NCBI RefSeq assembly: GCF_001194135.2
Contig: NC_068981.1
Location: 5,575,451 to 5,637,885, forward strand
Source: Octopus bimaculoides
Taxonomy: Eukaryota
Direction of reading: 5' to 3'
Length of the DNA: 62,435 bases
Under the pieces are notes generated by a model. The model made no database searches. It was not told where the DNA came from and saw only the letters and a program-made list of their open reading frames with translations. The stretch's first letter is position 1, and each line of letters begins with the position of its first letter. Shown piece by piece: positions 38,792 to 51,969 of this stretch. Both the position numbers and the translations under genes were made by a program.

Positions 38792-40199
38792 CTGAAAGAG
38801 ATTGAGAGAAAGAAAAACATTTAGAGATGAATGGAGACAGTGACATTTAACCCTTTTCATACCAACCCACCAGAGACCACCAACCCTGATTCAATGACAC
38901 TTCTTGGAAACAACGTTCACCTGTTTCCAAGCAAGTTTAAGATATTTTCTCCTGGCCAGACATGTTTTTGCAGAATATTGGAAATGAATGACATTCGTTT
39001 ACAACAATCACACAATGTCAAGACAAGGGGACAGACAGACAGACACACACGTGTATACATATCACAGTCACTGTATTGACCAGACTATCAGGTGTTATAC
39101 ACTGCTGATCACAATGCGCTTCCTTGCATTGTTTTAGTCTTTGTAATGATATCACTCTGCTGGCTCGGCAGGCAGACCAACATTCTGTTGGAACGGAACA
39201 ACAGTCTGTTGCAGAGTTAACCAGCGAGAGTCTTGCTCAAGGACACAATGGTTGCTGGGAATCAAACTCACAGCCTAACAATTGCAAGCTGAATACCCTA
39301 ACCCCTAAGCCATGGGCCTTCACTTAGAGATTTATTTAACTACAAATGGTACTACGTAAAAAGCAGCGGGACCACTCTGTAAAATGGTTGGTGTTAGGAA
39401 GGGCGTCCAGCCATAGAAACCAGGCCAAAACAGACAAATGGAGCCTGGTACAGCTCTCCAGCTTGCCGTTTCCTCTCCAGCCATCCACTGGCTTTGGCCA
39501 CAACTACAATTTCCATTTTTGATTTCGATTTGATTGAATTGTGTGATAGGTGAAAATCGGTGAAGTAGAAACAGTACTGTAGTGTATATTTTTAAAATTA
39601 TTTTTATAATTTGTATATATTTATTTTAGCATTTTTATACATTTAAGCTTTATAAAAATTCTTCCCACACCCTTAAGAGTACCCGGGTCTTCTCTTTTTT
39701 TTTGCGGGTGAGGAACAAGGTGATGGGCAGTTGCTGGCGCTGCCTCTTTTTCTGTTTAAGGAGGGTTTTATAAACTTCCATGGCGCTGTCAATTGCATTT
39801 CTGAACTGCAATGCACGAATCATCAGAGTGGGGTGGGGTGTCCTAATCTGCTGCCATTCTTTGAAGTATTTTTGGCAGTCTACATCGACATCCACCATCT
39901 CCCTTAAGCATGTCAAGGAATCTCACCTTTTCTGCTATGGTAAGCATCTTCCTCTGGTACTTGGGTTCACTCCCAGAAGAAGCCTTGGAAGGTGCAGAAC
40001 GTTTGAACAACATCGTAGGGCTTGAAATATATTCACAATTTTACACCCAAATGCAAAACAACACCACACACACTCGCCTCCTGAGATTCGTTTTCCATAC
40101 AGGATGTGCGATTATTTGTTTATTCATCTACGGTACACAACGTATTTTCTTTTAATATATTTCAATTAATGTGTTATACAGAGCAGTACTGTACTGTAG

Positions 40200-40955
40200 T
40201 TTTACCTCCACCTTAGCGAAAATGGAGGTATTGTTTCAGTCATGTTTCTTTGTTTGTTTGTGGACAAGATATCTCAAGAACCACTGGATGGATTCGGATA
40301 AAACTTTCAGGGATGTTTGGCCTCGTGACTGGCATGAACTGATTAGATTTGGAAATCGATCCGGTTCCGGACAAGGATTCTAGATTATTTTTCCGTTTCT
40401 TTTTTACTTAATTTTTGAGAGCAGACTTTTAATATTCTCGTTTGTGAGAACAGCCAAGTTTATTTCAGATACTCTTTACTCTTTTATTTGTTTAAGTCAT
40501 TTGACTGTGGCCATGCTGGAGCACCGCCTTCAGTCAAACAAACTGACCCTGAGACTTATTCTTTGTAAGCCTAGTACTTATTCTATCGGTCTCTTTTGCC
40601 AAACCGCTAAGTGACGGTGACGTAAACACACCAGCATCAGTTGTCAAGCAATGCTAGGGGGACAAACACAGACGCACAAACACACACACACATGACGGGC
40701 TTCTTTCAGTTTCCGTCTACCAAATCCACTCACAAGGCTTTGGTCGGCCCGAGGCTATAGTAAAAGACACTTGCCCAAGATGCCACACAGTGGGACTGAA
40801 CCCGGAACCATGTGGTTGGTAAACAAGCTACTTACCACATAGCCACTCCTGCACCTATGATATAGATATCTTATTTTAAAAATCATCTCTGGCTAATCGT
40901 TGAGAGGACGTTGGTGTTGCCTTGGCAGAGGTTTGCGCTCTCTGAGTCCTCATTA
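40200..40955 (+). mobile_element. DINE-1/HINE-like (Helentron-associated) element, interrupted by SINE S1
   Basis: Subterminal IR ACCTCCACC / GGCAGAGGT and 3' hairpin GCGCTCTCTGAGTCCTC. Confidence 0.5.
40476..40858 (-). mobile_element. near full-length SINE S1
   Basis: Head, body, (TG)n and 3' domain contiguous. Confidence 0.8.
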
Positions 40956-41454
40956 TTTATTAATTTATAGGTATGAAAATGACAATTTTACCACAGAAAT
41001 AATTAAAAAAATATAAATACCTATTGGTCACAGATACCTGTGATATACTGAGGATTGCACGATATAAATTTACATATATTAACCAGAAAATCCTCAATGT
41101 ACTGAGGGCGCAAGAGGTGAACTGCGATATGGCAAGGGATTACTGTAATATTAATTAATGTTGAAATAATATAAGAAAGCTTAAAATGCTAATTACAAAT
41201 AATTATGCAGCGAGAAAACAAAACATAACAGAAAACACTACCAATTAACGACTGATACTAATTTAATTAGTTTCCTAGTAAGAATGTGAGACAACTCCAA
41301 ACCAGTTTCAGCTTTATTGTAACTTATCAGGAAAGGAGAGACTTTATTTGCAGAAATGAAGGTGGAACCACTCAGGAGCTGTTTGAGACTTACACCGTTT
41401 GCAAACTGAATGCCATAGCTTAGAAGTATGACTGCTTGTGGTTTTCATTCAGAT

Positions 41455-41790
41455 GATTGTGGTGGTTGTGGCGGTGGTGGTGATAGTAGTGCTGGTGGTA
41501 GTGATGGTGGTAATAGCGGTGGTAGTAGTAGTGGTGGCAATAGTAGTAGTGGTAGTAGTAGTGGTGGTGGTAGTAGTAGTGGTGGTGGTAGTAGTGGTGG
41601 TGGTGGTAGTAGTAGTAGTGGTGGTAGTAGTAGTGGTGGTAGTGGTGGTAGTAGTAGTAGCGGTGGTGATAGTAGTAGCGGTGGTGATAGTAGTAGCAGT
41701 GGTGGTAGTAGCAGTAGTAGTGGTGGTGGTAGTAGCAGTAATAGTATTGGTGGTAATAGTGGTGGTGGTAGTGGTGGTGGTGGTGACAAT
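41455..41790. repeat. imperfect (GGT/AGT)n trinucleotide tract
   Basis: Read directly from the sequence. Confidence 0.95.
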
Positions 41791-42250
41791 AAGGAGCGTT
41801 TGTAAAGGAGTTATTTTCTTTGACGAGACTAAAAGCTCAACTGTGAATATGTTAAGACAGAATGTTCTGAATGGCAGAGAGGGGGGACGAGAGAGGAGGG
41901 GAGAGAGAGGGAGAGAGAGGGAGAGAGAGGGAGAGAGAATGAGAGGGAGGAGGAGAAGGCCTTTGACATGCTAGATATAACTGTTAAATCTCTCTGAAAT
42001 CACTTGCTGCCATTCTTAGAAGGAAGTAACATCTGACAATGTATTCCTAGATACACATTATCTGATGGGAGTGGGTGGGATGGAAGTGAAACAAGAGATT
42101 AACAGGAGGAGGTCACAAGAACAAACTGGCTAAAAAACGAAAATAGGTCAACTAAATAGGTCAAATATGGTGATAAACGCCTGACGTACATGTACATAAA
42201 TACATGTATATACACACACACACACACACACACAAACATGCACATACATA

Positions 42251-42640
42251 CATCATCATCATCATCATCGTCGTTTCACGTCCGCTTTCCATGCTAGCAT
42301 GGGTTGGACGATTTGACTGAGGACTGGTGAAACCGGATGGCAACACCAGGCTCCAGTCTGATTTGGCAGAGTTTCTACAGCTGGATGCCCTTCCTAACGC
42401 CAACCACTCAGAGAGTGTAGTGGGTGCTTTTACGTGTCACCCGCACGAAAACGGCCACGCTCGAAATGGTGTCTTTTATGTGCCACCCGCACAAGCCAGT
42501 CCAGGGGCACTGGCAACGATCTCACACGAAAATTCTACGGGAGCCAGTCAGGCGGTACTGGCAACGGCCACGCTCAAAATGGTGCATCTCATGTGCCACC
42601 CGCACAAGAACCAGTCCAGGGGCACTGGCAACGATCTTAC
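42251..42640 (-). mobile_element. young RTE 3'-end derived element
   Basis: Near-identical to 27707-28087. Confidence 0.85.
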
Positions 42641-42817
42641 ATAGATATACACATGCATATATATGGTGGGGGAGTATTTCTTTATGTTTCAGCCCTGAGA
42701 CAGTGGCCATGCTGGGGCACCGCCATTGAAGACATGGGAAGGCTTGAAAGAAATGAAGCCAGCGTGCTCCACTGGATGGGTGATGTCAGTGTGCAGCTAC
42801 GACAGAGTGTAAGTGAT

Positions 42818-43002
42818 ACAGTTCGATATTTGAGAGATGAGGAATTATGTACATTATTTACATTATTTACATTTGATGGATATTTGTCCTCATCTTGTTT
42901 AACACAATGTTTTGGCTGATTACCCTCCAGCCTTCATATGGTATAGTGGTTAAGAGTGCGGGCTTCTAACCCCAAGATTCTGAGTTTGATACCAAGCAGT
43001 GA

Positions 43003-43040
<38 letters not shown>

Positions 43041-43183
43041 TCAAAAAATACCTTAGGAATGAGAACACAGGTTTGAAATTTCCCAAAGACACCTGATGAA
43101 GGCTGGAGGGTATATCAGCTGAAACGTTGTGTTAACAACAAACAAGATGAGGACAAATATCCATCAAATGTAAATAATGTAGA
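42818..43183. mobile_element. HHR-SINE foldback, locus 5
   Basis: TSD GTAAGTGAT at 42809-42817 and 43184-43192; plus-strand HHR 43088-43133 nearly intact. Confidence 0.9.
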
Positions 43184-44554
43184 GTAAGTGATTTGAGAGG
43201 ATATAAGAGACATCAGATGTGTGCAAAACAGAAGACTGTGCTGGTATGGCCATGTTACCATCATCATTGTTTTACGTCCGCTTTCCATGCTGGCATGGGT
43301 TGGATGGTTTGACTGAGGTCTGGAGAGCCAGCGGCTGCACCAGGTTGCAATCTAATCTGGCAATGTTTCTACAGTTGGATGCCCTTCCTAATGTCAACCA
43401 CTCCGAGAGTGTAGTGAGTGCTTTTTACATGTCACTGGCACAAGAGCCAGTCAGGCGGACCTGGCACCAACCACGTTCAGACCGTGCTTTTTATGTGCCA
43501 CCAGCACGGGAGCCAGTCTTGGGGTACTGGCCATAGCTATGATATTGGTTTAACTTGACTCAAGAGGTCTTCTCAAGCATATCATATCGCCTGACGGATC
43601 AGGGGTACTCTTAACTGGGTCGGACATGCGTGGCTGCAATCTCACTTTTGTTGCTGGGTCTTCTCAATCACAGCATATCTCCAAAGGTTATGGTGTGAAT
43701 GAAGGCAGTCACATCAAGAGGTGTCAATCTCTAATTGTAGAGGGAACACGTGAAAGGGACAGATCCAGGAAGACATGGGACAAAGTGGTGAAAAAGGATT
43801 TTTAGTTGTTGGGACTCACAGAGGAGATGAAAGGGCAGCAAGGTTCTTGATAGTTTGATGTGCTAAGTAAAAGCATGGTTGTCCTTGTAAACAGGTTGTT
43901 CCCTACATCCATCTCCCTTGTGGGGTTGTGGGTGCTGGTTCCACATAAATGCACTCTTTGTACCCTCAGTAAAATGGTTAGCATTAAGGAAGGGTATCCA
44001 GCTGTAAAAACCTTGTCAAAACTGACCCAGTGTCACGTAAAAAGCACTCAGTCCACTCTGTGGAGTGGTTGGTGTTAGAAGGGCATCCAGCCATAAAACC
44101 GATGCCAAAACAGTCACAGAAGTCTGATGCAGTCTTCTAGCCTGACTGGCTCCTGTCAAACTGTCCAACCCATGCCAGCATGGAAAGTGGACGTTAAATG
44201 ATGATGATGATATATATATATGTATATATATGTGAGTGTGTAATAGTCACATGTGTATATAAACAAACTTACATTTGTATTTTAGAAGCACTGAATGTCT
44301 ATCATACAATACAGACCAGAAAATGATATTTTCAAATGCAGTATTGGTGTTAAAACAGCAGAAAAATTGGGCAATATTACCCTCACAAAGTGAAAAAAGT
44401 TGTCAACAAACACCCATGAGAGTTGAACCCACATCCCCTAAAACACCAGCTGAGTGTGCTACCATTAAGCTAAACTGGTGGTTCTTAAGCTATGGGACGC
44501 GACCCCAAATGGAGTCGCAATTGAATTTCAGTTTAAATGTTCTTTTCCACTCTA

Positions 44555-44975
44555 GGCACAACGCCTGAAATTTTGGGGGAGGGGGCCAGTCAATTAGATC
44601 GACCCCAGTACGCAACTGGTCCTTAATTTATCGACCCCGAAAAGATGAAAGGCAAAGTCGACCTTGGTAGAATTTGAACTCAGAACGTAAAGAGACAAAA
44701 TACTGCTAAGCATTTCGCCCGGCGTGCTAACCTTTCTGCCAGCTCCCCCCACCTTAACATTCTGTATATTCTTTTCTACTCTAAGAACAAGGTTTGCAAT
44801 TTTGGGGGAGGGAACCAGTCGATTAGATCAAGCCCAGGATGCAACTGGAACTTAATTTATCGACCCTGAAAGGATGAAAGGTAAAGTCGACCTCAACGGA
44901 GTTTGAACCCAGAACGTAAAGACAGATGAAACACTGCTAAGCATTTCGCCCAGCGTGCAAACATTTCAACCAACT
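44555..44975 (-). mobile_element. two adjacent copies of tRNA-derived SINE family S2
   Basis: Minus strand GAGCTGGCAGAAAGGTTAGCACGCCGGGCG...GAGTTCAAATTC...GGGGTCGATAAATTAAG twice; another copy at 55335-55525. Confidence 0.8.
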
Positions 44976-47770
44976 TGTTGCCTTATTTCAGTTTGTGTTA
45001 TTTCTGAAATGGCATTTCATGTTCTTTGGTCATTTAGCACTACATACATATCTGAAACAACTTTTCCAGCTTTAACCCTGATTAAAACCAAATATTGTTC
45101 AACGCTGAAAAACATAGAAGACATTTTACGTCCAGCAGTGTTGAATATTAATTACTCCAAGGTTTGATTTGTTCTGCAGCAAAAAAACCAGGAACATCCA
45201 TTGCAATAGTTTTTATTTTGGTTTATTTTTGAACTTGAAACAAGTTCTAAAACTATTTTTATTTTGACAAATATTCTTTTACTCTTTTACTTGTTTCAGT
45301 CATTTGACTGCAGCCGTGCTAGAGCACTGCCTTTAATCGAGCAAATCGACCCCAGGACTTATTCTATCAGTCTCTTTTGCCGAACGGCTAAGTTACGGGG
45401 ACGTAAACACACCAACATCGGTTGTCGAGTAATGTTGGGGGACAAACATATACACACACATGCATATATATGACGGGCTTCTTTCAGTTTCTGTCTACCA
45501 AATCCACTCACAAGGCCTTGGTCAGCCCAAGGCTATAGTAGAAGACACTTGCCCAAGGTGCCACGCTATTTACCACACAGCCACACCTGCGCTTATATAA
45601 CTATCTTTTTTAAATGTATACTGTTCAGCAAAAAAAAAAAACCAAAAAGATTTATGTATTTATTTGTATGTTTTATTTCATATTTAATACCAGGGGTCGC
45701 AAAAAATCTCATGAGGAAAAATGGGGTCATGAATGGAAAAAGCTAATGAAGCACTGAGCTAAACTTCATTTCCACCAATTTTAAATGGTAAATAGCTAAT
45801 TGAAATGTAACCACCACATGTGTATAGAAACAAACTTACAGTTGTTTTTTTACAAGTGCTGAATGAGTATCGTACGATACAGACAAGAAAGCAGTTAATT
45901 TCGAACACAGTATCGCTGTTAAAACAGTAGAAAAATTAGATTGAACAAGAAATCAAAAGTTTTCTCTTGTGACTTCCTTAATTTCAGTTGATTGGGAAGA
46001 AGGATTAGAAAGAACAAATATTAAATTACTTCTACTAAATGACTATTTACGGACTATTTATTTAATACAATGCTACTAATGAAATCCAATAGGACTATTG
46101 AAAAATATTTTTGCTGCTGCTTCTGTTAATGTATGAGATCTGCATTGTACAGCATTTCTGAAGGGCAAGTTACCATTTTCTGATTACAATGCTCACAGGA
46201 CAAGTGAATACACACCCATGTTTAATCAGCAGAAGTTACCAAATGACTTGAAGGTGAAGTGTTTGGCGGAGGTAAAAGACATGAACCACACCCCGCTTTC
46301 GGTTATTTTTTTCCTACAGAAACCAACCTTTTTGATTGCGGAGATTCCGAATCTCCAAAAAAAAAAAAATGAATCACCATTTCAAAGTTTTTAGGGTTTT
46401 CAAAATCTTCAATTTCTATGTACGCTATAACCGGAAAGTCTGACAAGCTAGAAATAACAGCTAAACCAAAGATCCACTTTCTAAATATGAATTACCGAAA
46501 AAGAAAAAAAATTTTTTAATGTCATTTTGCNNNNNNNNNNNNNNNNNNNNNNNNNNNNNNNNNNNNNNNNNNNNNNNNNNNNNNNNNNNNNNNNNNNNNN
46601 NNNNNNNNNNNNNNNNNNNNNNNNNNNNNNNNNNNNNNNNNNNNNNNNNNNNNNNNNNNNNNNNNNNNNNNNNNNNNNNNNCTAGATTTTACACACCTCT
46701 CTTAATTCCAAAAGACCCTCAACCAAACATGTTCACTTTCTGTCACAGATACGCTGGCAGAGTGGAGTGGTTGGCGTTAGGAAGGGCACCCAGCTGGAGA
46801 AACTTTGCCAGATCAGATTGGAGCCTGGTGCAGCCTTCTGGCTTGCCAGTCCTCAGTCAAACTGTCCAGCCCATGCTAGCATGGAAAGCGGACGTTAAAC
46901 GGTGATGATGATGATGATGATATGTATTTATTTGTTTCAGTCATTTGACTGCAGCCATGCTGGAGCACTACCTTTAGTTGAGCAAATCGACCCCAGGACT
47001 TATTCTTTGTAAGCCTAGTACTTATTCTATCAGTCTCTTTTGCCGAACTGCTAATTTACAGGGATGTAAACAGACCAGCATCAGTTGTCAAGCGATGGTG
47101 GAGGATTAAATACATACACACACACATACATGTCACACAAGTGGCACCCATACTGGTGGCATGTAAAAGCACCCATTACAGTCTCAGAGTGGTTGCCGTT
47201 AGGAAGGGCATCCAACCGTAGAAACCATGCCAAATCAGACTGGAGTCTGGTATAGCATACCAGCCCAGTCAAACTGTCCAACCCATGCCAGCATGGACAA
47301 TGGATGTTAAATGATGATGATGATATATATACAACTGGCTTCTTTCAGTTTCCGTCTACCAAACCCACTCATAAGGCTTTGGTCGCCTAGAGGCTATAGT
47401 AGAAAACACTTGCCCAAGGTGCCATGCAGTGGGACTGAACCCGGAACCATGTGGTTGGTAAGCAAGCTCCTAACCACTAAGCTGCACGCCTTCACTAATT
47501 CGTATTTAACTGAAGAAGAAGAACAAGTGTCATTGCTGTCATCACTACAAGAAGCATAAAAGAGAAGAGTNNNNNNNNNNNNNNNNNGATCAACTGAAAT
47601 ACTAGAAGACATTTTCTTGGCCACACCTTGTTATGCTAATCCAGTCCACTTGATATAATCTCAAGAGACACAATGTAAAGCAATAGATCTAGAAAACTGT
47701 TTATGTGGGACATTTGACTGACAAAAGAAATGTTAAAATCATGAATGTTTTTAATCAGAGAACAATTATT

Positions 47771-48078
47771 TACATTATTTACATTTGGCGGATGTTTGTC
47801 CTCATCTTGTTTGTTGTTAACACAACATTTCGGCTGATATACTCTCCAGCCTTCATCAGGTGTCTTGCAGAAATTTCGAACCTGGGTTCTCATTCCTAAG
47901 GTATTTTTCGATGTTATTATTATTATTATTCAGATCACTGCTTGGAATCAAACTTGGAATCTTGGGGTTAGTAGCCGGTGTTCTTAACCACTACGCCATA
48001 TGCCCATGGGTATATGGCGTAGTGGTTAAAAGCATGGGCTACTAACCTCAAAATTCCGAGTTCGATTCCAGACAGTGA

Positions 48079-48132
<54 letters not shown>

Positions 48133-48329
48133 TAACAATAATAATAATAATAATAATATTGAAAAATACCTTAGGAATGAGAACCCAGGTTCGAAATTTC
48201 CCCAAGACACATGATGAAGGCTGAAGAGTATATCAGCCAAAACAATTGTGTTAACAACAAACAAGATGAGGACAAATATCTGTCAAATGTAAATGATGTA
48301 CATAATTATTTATCTCTTAAATATAGAAC
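47771..48329. mobile_element. HHR-SINE foldback, locus 6, with both heads complete
   Basis: TSD AACAATTATT at 47761-47770 and 48330-48339; arms meet at the palindrome CCCATGGG (48003-48010). Confidence 0.92.
48008..48080 (+). promoter_or_regulatory. tRNA-like SINE head with Pol III A and B boxes
   Basis: GGGTATA-TGGCGTAGTGG (A box)...GAGTTCGATTCC (B box). Confidence 0.8.
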
Positions 48330-48530
48330 AACAATTATTAATTTAGAATTAATTAAGATAACACCCAAATATTCAGATGTCAAAATGTAACAAAGGAAAT
48401 ATATTCAAACTATATTCTCTGTCGTTCTTTCAATGAATATTGGTTTTCATGGCTGTGTGGTAAGATGCTAGCCCTAAATGTGATAATTCATTTCGGGTGG
48501 AAAGATTTAAAATGAATATCGAATACTTAC

Positions 48531-48865
48531 TTGGTATGTTGCAGCATCCAGATTAGATACAGCAACATAGAGAAGGTTATTTTGCAGTGTATACACAAGA
48601 GATGGAATGGAAACTTTCATACAATCAATTGGTTGTTTGATGATGTTCTCATTCAAATGTCGTAACCAATTTGAGACGCTACCTTCTTGGATAAAAATGA
48701 AGACAAGACAAGTCACAAATTTCAAAATCTCTGACATTATCACCGCTGTGGTCGACATGAACAGATCTCCTGGTCTTGTACGCACATATCGCATAACAAG
48801 TGCAAGCAGGGCATTTTGCAAAGTTAATGAGATCAAACTAATATATTTCATAGTTTTAGGTGATT
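48531..48865 (-). CDS. SLC35A2: UDP-galactose transporter, internal coding exon (335 nt); in-frame ATG at 48851
   Basis: Acceptor tttgatttcag|AA, donor CAA|GTAAGT. KYISL...QNA, TTAVIMSEILK and PSLVYTLQNNLLYVAVSNLDAATYQ join in frame to VTYQLK of the next exon. Confidence 0.95.
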
Positions 48866-49549
48866 CTGAAATCAAAAACAAAAAACAGGTTAAGAATCAA
48901 TCTTTTAGAAGTAATTGTAACAAAAACTACATAAATATAATTTATTTTATATCAGAGATCAGTAAGACCATCCTCATCATCATTTAATATCCATCTTTCC
49001 ACACTGGCATGGTTTGCACAGATTGATGGGATCCAATGAGCCAGAGGACTGTGTTGAGCTCCAATATCTGTTTTGGCATAAGAATAAGAGAGAACAAAAA
49101 GAATCAGGAAAGAGAAATATTTTTTCTGATATCCATAAAATATATTTCAAGTTTATATTACCTTTATATGGAACAGAAGGATTACATTTTAGAAGTTCTT
49201 AATTATATTACAAAGATAAAAACTTAGATTCTGGCAAATCAAACCTGAAATTTGATATCAATTTATTTTTGTTTTTAAATGTCTTAGAGAATGAAGAGCA
49301 GCTATTGTAACCCTCTTCAAAGCTTCAGGGGCTGGTGGGAGGGAGAAAGGTTACCTTTAGACTGGAGACCTGGCATAAATGCTTGCAACAAACATTAAAA
49401 GCATCAGGTGTTGGGATTCAACCAGAGAATTAAGTCTTCCATTTAAGAACAAGAATGTTCTTTTCTGACATGGTTCCAAACAGTTTCTGTCAACCAAATT
49501 TCATTCAGAAAGGTTAACATGGAAGATATTTCCCTCTCACTGCAGACAC

Positions 49550-49715
49550 AAGTGTGGCTGTGTGGTCAAGAAGCTTGTTTTCCAATAATATGGTCTTGGG
49601 TTCAGTCCCACCATACAGTACCTTCAACAAGTGTCTTCTATTACTGCCTTGGGTTTACCAAAACCGTGGAAGTGAATTTGGTAGATGGAAACTGAACGAA
49701 GCCGGTCGTCCCTCT
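49550..49715 (+). mobile_element. SINE S1
   Basis: As for the other S1 copies. Confidence 0.75.
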
Positions 49716-49717
49716 CT

Positions 49718-49774
<57 letters not shown>

Positions 49775-50129
49775 TATATATATACATACACACACACACA
49801 TATAATGAAGGTGCATGGCTTAGTGGTTAAGGTGTTGCATTCATGATTGCAAGGTCATGGTTTCGATTCCCAGACTGAGAGTTGTGTAATGCTTTTGAGC
49901 AAAGCACTTCATTTCTTGTTACTCTGACATCATTTTGTCACCTGACACGACACATTTGTGTACCTGTAAAGGTAATGGCTATTTGATGGAGAGAGTGAGT
50001 TTATGTGAATACAGACATTTGATCATCACTATAAATAAATCATCTGTGTGGTTGTTTGGCAAGAAATTGCCAAACCCTCGTGCGTCGTCTAACAACAGGA
50101 GAGTCCATGATATATAAATATATAATATA

Positions 50130-50725
50130 TGTACAGCTATGCTACATGGCAGTGAAACATGAGATTTGACTACAGAAGACTTGTGAAGGCTTGAAAGAAA
50201 TGAAGCTTACATGTTCCACTGGATGGGTAATGTCAGTGTGCACACATGGCCGAGTGTAAATGATTTAAGAGGAAAACTGTGTAGGTTTGGTCATGTGATG
50301 CATATGGATGAGGACAGCTGTGTAAAAAGAGTACCAAACTCTAATTGTGGGGGGTACCTGTGGAAGGGGCAGACCCACAATGACATGAGGCAAAGTGGTG
50401 AGGAAGGACCTTCAGATACTGGGCCTCATTGAGGAAATGATGAGGGGACCGAGAGATGTGGTGATTTGCTGTACTTGACAAGATGCGTCTCTTGTCTTCC
50501 ACACATACAGGCTTGTCCTTTGCAGGTGCCAGTGCCACTTAATAAGCACCTGTGCTGGTGGCACATAGAAAACACCCAACACACTCTGTTAAGTGGCTGG
50601 CATTAGGAAGGGCATCCAGCTGTGGAAACAATGTCACAGCAGACAATTGGAGTCAGGCCAGCTCCATGTCAAACTGTCCAACCCATGCCAGCATGGAAAG
50701 CACATGTTAAATGATGTTGCTGCTG
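50130..50725 (+). mobile_element. RTE LINE 3' end with UTR and tail
   Basis: MLHGSET-like, RFGHVMHMDEDSCVK and GRP..TW-like motifs, then the family 3' UTR. Confidence 0.8.
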
Positions 50726-51114
50726 ATACACACACACACACACATCTCATCAACATCATTTTATGTCCATGTTCCATGCTGACATGGGCTGGACATACAC
50801 ATGCACAAATATATATGTGTGTGTGTATATATGTTTATATATGTGTGCCTATATCTTGATATTATGTGATGGTAGTAAATGGCTTTTACTCTTATACAGG
50901 GGTGTTGTTCATTTACAGTGATCTGTGAAAGACATGTCTGGCCATGGGGAAATATTAGCTTGTGCTAAGACATATGTATTCCAACCACATTGTTTCAAGT
51001 TCAGTCCCACTGCATGGCAACTTCGGTAAGTGTCTTCTGCTAGAGCCCCAGGCCAACCAAAGCCTTGTGATTGGATTGGAGAGACAGAAACTAAAAGCCT
51101 ATTGTGTATGTATA

Positions 51115-51238
51115 CAGGGTGTGATGAATAAACTGTCGTCTAAATTACACAAAAATGAAAATAACACTGACCTCTCATTTTAACAGATATATTTACCAAA
51201 ATTACATAAAAATATCTCGAAATACTAAAGAGTAAATT

Positions 51239-51270
<32 letters not shown>

Positions 51271-51969
51271 TCGCCATTGGCTTCAACCATAGCCTCCAGA
51301 CGACTTTGGAATCTCCTGCAACTCTTCTGGAAGTTCTCCTTGTTTAAGTTGATGAATGCTGCCATAATCCTTGCCTTCAATTCATCTTTGGTAATCTCTC
51401 ACTCAACTGTGCCCCACATATAATAATCAAGAGGGTTGCAGTCTGGGGAGTTAGGTGGCAAGATGTTAGGGGTGATGTGGTTGCAGAAATTGTCTGATAG
51501 CCATGACTGGGTTCTTCTGCTTGTATGGCATGGTGCAGAGTCCTGTTGCCAGACATAGTGTGTTCCAGCAGCCACCCTGTTCACCCAGGGCAGCACTACC
51601 TCCTCCAGGCACTTGATGTAGGCTTTGGTGTTGAGTGTGAAGCCGTGTGGGAAGATGAATGGGGCATAATGTTGCCAACACTAGTGATCTCTCCAAACAC
51701 CATGGTGTTGACTGGATGTTTGATTTTTATCACTGTCCTCAGATTGACACCCAAACATTCTGAAATGTTCATACTGGAGCTTCTGGTGAGAATGCCAAGC
51801 ACTACAGCATGTCGTTTCCAAATTTCTGGCAGAATGAATTGCGTCATGGTGCTGTTTTTCTCACAGACAGTGCCCAACTGACCTGTGTAGTTGACAAACC
51901 AAAAAGCAAACAATGCGCATGTGTGAAATTAAAAATATAAAATGGCAACAATTTACTCATCGCACCCTG
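51115..51969 (-). mobile_element. internally deleted Tc1/mariner element, DD37D (maT) type
   Basis: TA-CAGGGTGTGATGAATAAACTGT ... ACAATTTACTCATCGCACCCTG-TA. Transposase remnant WQQDSAP...SPDCNPLD has 37 residues between the last two catalytic Asp. Confidence 0.85.

Larger units (their letters stand above)
39541..41145 (-). mobile_element. pogo/Tigger DNA transposon remnant with nested insertions
   Basis: ORF 39650-39916 (FRNAIDSAMEVYKTLLKQKKRQRQQLPITLFL) resembles a Tigger C-terminus; terminus GCGATATGGCAAGGGATTACTG followed by TA. Confidence 0.65.

Noticed and set aside
41428-41974. Gly/Ser-rich, poly-Val and Pro/Leu ORFs
   Set aside because: Alternative frames of one trinucleotide tract without splice or start context.
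48008-48080. A functional tRNA gene
   Set aside because: No 3' acceptor-stem complement or T-run terminator; always joined to the SINE body.
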